The notes below the pieces were generated by a model. That model saw only the letters and a list, made by a program, of their open reading frames with translations, ran no database searches and was not told where the DNA came from. Below are positions 60,209-64,000 of a stretch of 64,000 nt of DNA, piece after piece. The translations under genes and the position numbers were made by a program. Location: positions 804,330 through 868,329 of the forward strand of contig JAXSNR010000001.1 in assembly GCA_037925075.1 (NCBI GenBank), in the 5' to 3' direction. The DNA comes from Aquificaceae bacterium (GTDB lineage: Bacteria; Aquificota; Aquificia; Aquificales; Aquificaceae). How positions within the stretch are numbered: position 1 is the stretch's first letter; each line of letters opens with the position of its first letter.

Positions 60209-61332
60209 AGGCTAAACCTCCTTTGTATGCTAAGTTTCTTTTCAAGCTCCTCAACATCTCTGTATAGTTTGTTTCTTACATTAGAGTCTGCAAAGTCAAG
60301 TAAATATAAATTTCCTAAAACCGCTAAGTATGGTAGACCTTTTATTCTTTCTATTTGCAACCTACCTTTGACTTTGTAGTATCTACCCTCTAAAGAAACT
60401 TCAGATGTGGGCTTCCACAGTTCAGTGTAATACTTGACATAATCCCTCAAGGTTCTGAGATACACATAGTAGTAATCCCAACCAAGAGCGTTAAGTTTTT
60501 CTCTTACAACATTTTCTAAGGAAGCAAAAGTGGGAACTCCCGCAAGTGGGTAGTCTATCCTGCTTATAAACAGGGCATACTCTCTGTAGTAGTTCATTAA
60601 CAGGTAAGCCCTACTGTAGAGTATTTTTGCCTCCTCTTTCATACCTAAATTCTCAAAAACTACCGCACTCATAAGCATGGCATAGTGTGTGGGTCCGACA
60701 GAACCTCCGAGAACCTGACCCACAAAAGCACCTGTAGGGTCATTAGAATTGAGGATATTTCCATAAAAAAGGAAAACATCTACATAGCGATTTAGGAGAA
60801 AACCATATCTTTTAGTATCTAAACCAAGCTCCTGTGCTATGGTAGTAAAGACAAATTTTCTTACTTGTTCCTTGTCCGTGAAGCGTTTCACAGTATCAAA
60901 GTCTCCATTGTCCAGAGGGTCGTATATCCACTTTTTCAAAACTCTGGGATTAAGAGAAGCAAGTCCATAGTAAGAGTCATCCTCTAAAAATTTCTTAGCA
61001 AAAGGAAGAGCTCCTTCCCAGTCCTTCATCTTGTATCTAAGATTAAATTCGCAAAAGTAGGAATGTTTAAAACCTTTCAGAAGTCTATCCTTTTTCTCCT
61101 CTTCTGGTAGTTTATCCACAAACAAAGGCTCAAGACACAGTTGTCGGTATTTCCTCCACCAACCTTCATCAAGTCTACCATAAGCGAGAGGCACTACTAA
61201 TGCCTCTAAAGGATTTCCTGCTTTTAATTCCTGTGTTCCTATAATCTTATCAAGAAAGTCTTGAGCAGAAACAGTGGAGATAAACAAAGTATTGGATAGC
61301 AAAGCAATTGCCATAAGTTTTTTAAGCTTCAT
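60205..61332 (-). CDS. Hypothetical secreted helical (possibly TPR-like) protein
   Basis: MKLKKLMAIALL...VSA-Q signal; AVVFENLGMKEEAKILYSRA resembles a TPR; GGAGG RBS before 61332. Confidence 0.65.
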   Translation of the reverse strand: MKLKKLMAIALLSNTLFISTVSAQDFLDKIIGTQELKAGNPLEALVVPLAYGRLDEGWWRKYRQLCLEPLFVDKLPEEEKKDRLLKGFKHSYFCEFNLRYKMKDWEGALPFAKKFLEDDSYYGLASLNPRVLKKWIYDPLDNGDFDTVKRFTDKEQVRKFVFTTIAQELGLDTKRYGFLLNRYVDVFLFYGNILNSNDPTGAFVGQVLGGSVGPTHYAMLMSAVVFENLGMKEEAKILYSRAYLLMNYYREYALFISRIDYPLAGVPTFASLENVVREKLNALGWDYYYVYLRTLRDYVKYYTELWKPTSEVSLEGRYYKVKGRLQIERIKGLPYLAVLGNLYLLDFADSNVRNKLYRDVEELEKKLSIQRRFSL

Positions 61333-61522
61333 CTTTTCCACCTCCAAAGAGTTCCTTTTCCAAAATACTATAGCTTTCCTTAAACTCTTGCAGAGCGGTA
61401 TTGACTGCATCTGAAAAGGCTAAGACAAGTTCAAAGTAGCCCTGTGCTAAAAATTCAACAAGTTCTCTAAGGGCTTCTACCTTTTCTTCAAGGTTCATTT
61501 CTTGCCATCGCTCTTTATTCAT
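61322..61522 (-). CDS. Small hypothetical protein
   Basis: 66 aa with AGGAGG RBS; overlaps both neighbours. Confidence 0.6.
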   Translation of the reverse strand: MNKERWQEMNLEEKVEALRELVEFLAQGYFELVLAFSDAVNTALQEFKESYSILEKELFGGGKDEA

Positions 61523-61742
61523 GTTTTCCTCCTTTTTGAAGAGTAGAATACGTTAACTGTTTGTAGTCCAAGTCTGTGTTTTCTTTACTTGGTTCTTCAG
61601 AAAGCTTCAGGAAAAGCCAATAAAGGGCAAGTGTAAAGCCACCACTTAAGAGGGAATAGAACAGGCTTGCGGTAAAATAGTAAGCAGGCAAAACAGAGAT
61701 TAAAAGAAGGCTAAAGGCTTTTAAGATGGTAGCTATTCTCAT
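61515..61742 (-). CDS. Small two-TM membrane protein
   Basis: Two hydrophobic helices and a charged tail; overlaps the 3' end of the coupling-protein gene. Confidence 0.6.
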   Translation of the reverse strand: MRIATILKAFSLLLISVLPAYYFTASLFYSLLSGGFTLALYWLFLKLSEEPSKENTDLDYKQLTYSTLQKGGKHE

Positions 61743-63033
61743 CTCTTTCAAAACCTCCTGTTATTTCTGGTAAGTCATACCATACAGGTTTTATAAAGGT
61801 CTTTAGCTTGCCCGAAGATGTGGTTATCTCCGCATAGGCTATGTAGTCTCTTAGGTCTAAGAAAACTTCTGGGGGGACTGTATAGGTTTGCACTCTTGTG
61901 TGTTGAACTTGCCCGCTAAGCCCTCCCATTATGTTGGTAAGGCTAAAATCACTTTCTTGCATGCTTATATCTTCCACTCCATACTCTAAACTTCCTGAGC
62001 TTTCCGCAAGCACCTTTGCTGTCTCTACCGCATCCACTCTAAAGGCAAAAAGAAAATGCCTTGAGTTCATCAAAAGAGAAAGCCTATCTTTGCTATCTAC
62101 GGGTAGAAACTGCATTCCTAAGAATAAACACATGCCTTTACTTCTTGCTAAGGTAAGAACCTGTTTTTCAAGGTCAGGGTCTATGTTGAAGTTAAGGTAT
62201 TCATCAAGGATGAAAAAAACAAAGTCCTTAAAGTCCTTTGTATCTGGTCTTGAAAGATATCTTAGAAAACATGCACTCAAAAAGCCTTGATTTACTATCT
62301 GAAGTGGCTTGGAAAACTCAGGCAAGAAAACAAGGAATATCCTCTTGGCTTGAAGTATCTTATCTAAAGGCATAGGTTCTTTATTTGACATATAGGCAAG
62401 AGAATAAAGGTCTAAAAGTGTTTGGATTACAGGTTGAGCGGTGGCAAAGGCGGATGCAGAAGTGGTAGGTAGTGAGCTTTCTTTCTGTTTTTTATACCAC
62501 TCATAAATGGCAAGAGCGGTTTCTTTTGCGGGTAATTGTGGAACATACTCTAAGAGTTTCATTAGCCATTCTACGGCTTTCACAGTCCAAAACTCCGCAT
62601 CTTTGCCCTTGTTGTAGCTTGATACCATGTTGTAAAACACACTCCTTGCAAACATCTTATCCTTTCTACAATCTCCTAAAACATCCCATATAACACCCCT
62701 GCGGTCAAGATGGTTAAGTATCACATCTCCCTCTTGGTAAAAGTGGGCGGTATATTCACCTTTTACATCGTGTATCACATACCTGTTATCAAAGCTGGCG
62801 GTAATATATTTCAAAAGGTTAGATTTACCACTTCCCATCTTTCCTATAACCAGCGAGGTTTTGTTGAAGTCCCTTGAGTTTATGTAGATATCTTCAACCC
62901 ACCACTCCTTGTATAGGTCTTTTAGATAAAACCGCCTCATCTCCACATTACCACCAGAGCCTATGAGAAAGTCTCCCTTTGCTTTCATAAAGTCTTCCTT
63001 ATCGGATAAAAGGCTTCCTTTATAGACTTTCAT
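61711..63033 (-). CDS. Type IV secretion coupling protein-like ATPase (TraD/TrwB/VirD4 family)
   Basis: VIGKMGSGKS Walker A, VIHDVKGEY...GDVILNHLDRRG..WD, EFW, FFILDEY Walker B, ARSKG..LFLGMQ, ETAKVLAE. Confidence 0.85.
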   Translation of the reverse strand: MKVYKGSLLSDKEDFMKAKGDFLIGSGGNVEMRRFYLKDLYKEWWVEDIYINSRDFNKTSLVIGKMGSGKSNLLKYITASFDNRYVIHDVKGEYTAHFYQEGDVILNHLDRRGVIWDVLGDCRKDKMFARSVFYNMVSSYNKGKDAEFWTVKAVEWLMKLLEYVPQLPAKETALAIYEWYKKQKESSLPTTSASAFATAQPVIQTLLDLYSLAYMSNKEPMPLDKILQAKRIFLVFLPEFSKPLQIVNQGFLSACFLRYLSRPDTKDFKDFVFFILDEYLNFNIDPDLEKQVLTLARSKGMCLFLGMQFLPVDSKDRLSLLMNSRHFLFAFRVDAVETAKVLAESSGSLEYGVEDISMQESDFSLTNIMGGLSGQVQHTRVQTYTVPPEVFLDLRDYIAYAEITTSSGKLKTFIKPVWYDLPEITGGFERDENSYHLKSL

Positions 63034-63683
63034 CTCTCAAGTTCCTCCGAAGCTTCCAAGTCTTTTTGTGCATCCTTTCCCATGTTGTTTATTGCATTCC
63101 TTTCCTCGTTGAGCCCCTGTGTATTGTTTTTGTCCGATTCTTGAGTTTTCTGTTCATCAGATTTCTCTAAGTCCTGCATATACCGCTCCTTAAACTTCTC
63201 AAAACCCTCATCTCTTCCAAACCTTCCTTTATCTAAGTTTTCCTTATCTAAGCCTTTGCCTAATTCCTCTCTTAGGTTCTTAACTTCCTGTGTAGTAGAC
63301 CTTATCTTGTCCGCTATGTTAACAATGCTGTTGTTGAAGTTTAGATTGTAATTAACCTGAGGTGCGTGCAAGGGTCTGAAGTTTTCTTTAGGAATATTAC
63401 CATTCCTTATTTCCTTGGCAAGGTTCTTGTAGGCTTCCCTTAACTCCTTTGAGTTAGCTAAAAGAAGATGGGTCTGTTTCTCGGCAAGCTGGGCTACCTT
63501 GTCCCAATATTCCTGCTTTCCTGTAAGTCTGGCAAGTTTTTCATTTATCTGGATAGCCCTATCTAATTGTGATGCTTCCCGCATCTCCAAATTTTTCATG
63601 TGTTCCCAAGCACTTTTCCCATCTTTGGCATTAGCTATGGATGCCAATATAAAATTGCTGAGTTGTTTAGTAAACGCACCCAT
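63030..63683 (-). CDS. Hypothetical charged/coiled-coil protein
   Basis: 217 aa, highly charged; ATGA overlap with the coupling-protein gene. Confidence 0.65.
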   Translation of the reverse strand: MGAFTKQLSNFILASIANAKDGKSAWEHMKNLEMREASQLDRAIQINEKLARLTGKQEYWDKVAQLAEKQTHLLLANSKELREAYKNLAKEIRNGNIPKENFRPLHAPQVNYNLNFNNSIVNIADKIRSTTQEVKNLREELGKGLDKENLDKGRFGRDEGFEKFKERYMQDLEKSDEQKTQESDKNNTQGLNEERNAINNMGKDAQKDLEASEELER

Positions 63684-63685
63684 GA

Positions 63686-64000
63686 CTATTTACCTCTCTT
63701 TGGTAATAGTTCTTTAGCTAAAAACAATGCTATAACTACCAAAGCACTGAAGCTTAGCACCAAAAGTAAGAAAGGAAGTGGAGTTTGTCTGGCACTAAGT
63801 AAGATGGCATCGTAGTAAGACTTGACTTGCTTTTCTGTTCTAAAAAGCTCATCCTTGCTTGCGGAGACTTTCCTGTAGTTTTCTAAAGCTTCCTTGTAGT
63901 TTGCTTTTGCTTGCTCACATTCTTGAGGGTCTACATTAAAACCACTACATGCAAAATCCATGTCAAATTTAGCCTTGTCTAAATCCTGTTTAGCTAAGGT
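63686..64000 (-). CDS. Partial hypothetical protein with C-terminal TM helix (5' end off window)
   Basis: The frame stays open from 63961 to the window edge (TLAKQDLDKAKFD-MDFAC...), so the listed Met is probably internal. Confidence 0.6.
   Translation of the reverse strand, partial: TLAKQDLDKAKFDMDFACSGFNVDPQECEQAKANYKEALENYRKVSASKDELFRTEKQVKSYYDAILLSARQTPLPFLLLVLSFSALVVIALFLAKELLPKRGK

Larger units (their letters stand above)
54317..64000. mobile_element. Genomic island / ICE-like element at the 3' end of tRNA-Ala (continues beyond the window)
   Basis: Right after the tRNA the content switches from housekeeping genes to ORFans, a VirD4/TraD-like ATPase and chaperone-usher genes. Sequence looks more AT-rich by eye. 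No integrase or second att copy is in the window. Confidence 0.7.

Noticed and set aside
61711..63033. HerA/FtsK-type defence ATPase
   Set aside because: The DxKGE...D-ILN-D-R...W motifs and the FW after Walker A fit TraD/TrwB better, and no nuclease or Sir2 partner is adjacent.

Overview
The window looks like a chromosome segment from a thermophilic Aquificaceae bacterium (Hydrogenobacter/Thermocrinis/Aquifex-like). This placement is inferred from the split alpha/beta LeuRS, the five-subunit For-type 2-oxoglutarate:ferredoxin oxidoreductase, the SecA insert and the dense, scrambled gene order. 1-22 kb: housekeeping genes (corA, hisC, recR, trxB-like, deoC, purB, trpB, atpG-atpD, rph, feoAB, secA, tsaC, thrC, tRNA-Leu, dcd). 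22-32 kb: sHdr-LbpA sulfur-oxidation cluster with tusA/dsrE genes and lipS1. 32-38 kb: forDABGEF-cobW operon ending in an apparent in-frame SbtA-SbtB deletion fusion. 38-43 kb: the two leuS halves lie divergently only about 2.3 kb apart, so one inversion would make them colinear. 43-47 kb: an uncharacterised porin / FMN-binding protein / duplicated His-containing membrane protein operon, with Fur-like and CRP/FNR-like boxes and a decayed ferritin-like gene. 47-54 kb: panB, pilB, tusA-dsrEFH, queD and a PriA with degenerate helicase motifs. From tRNA-Ala(CGC) at 54.3 kb to the window end: a genomic island or ICE-like element carrying a chaperone-usher pair, three large unknown secreted proteins and a VirD4/TraD-like ATPase without a membrane anchor. 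All calls are from motif recognition by eye; no database searches were run.
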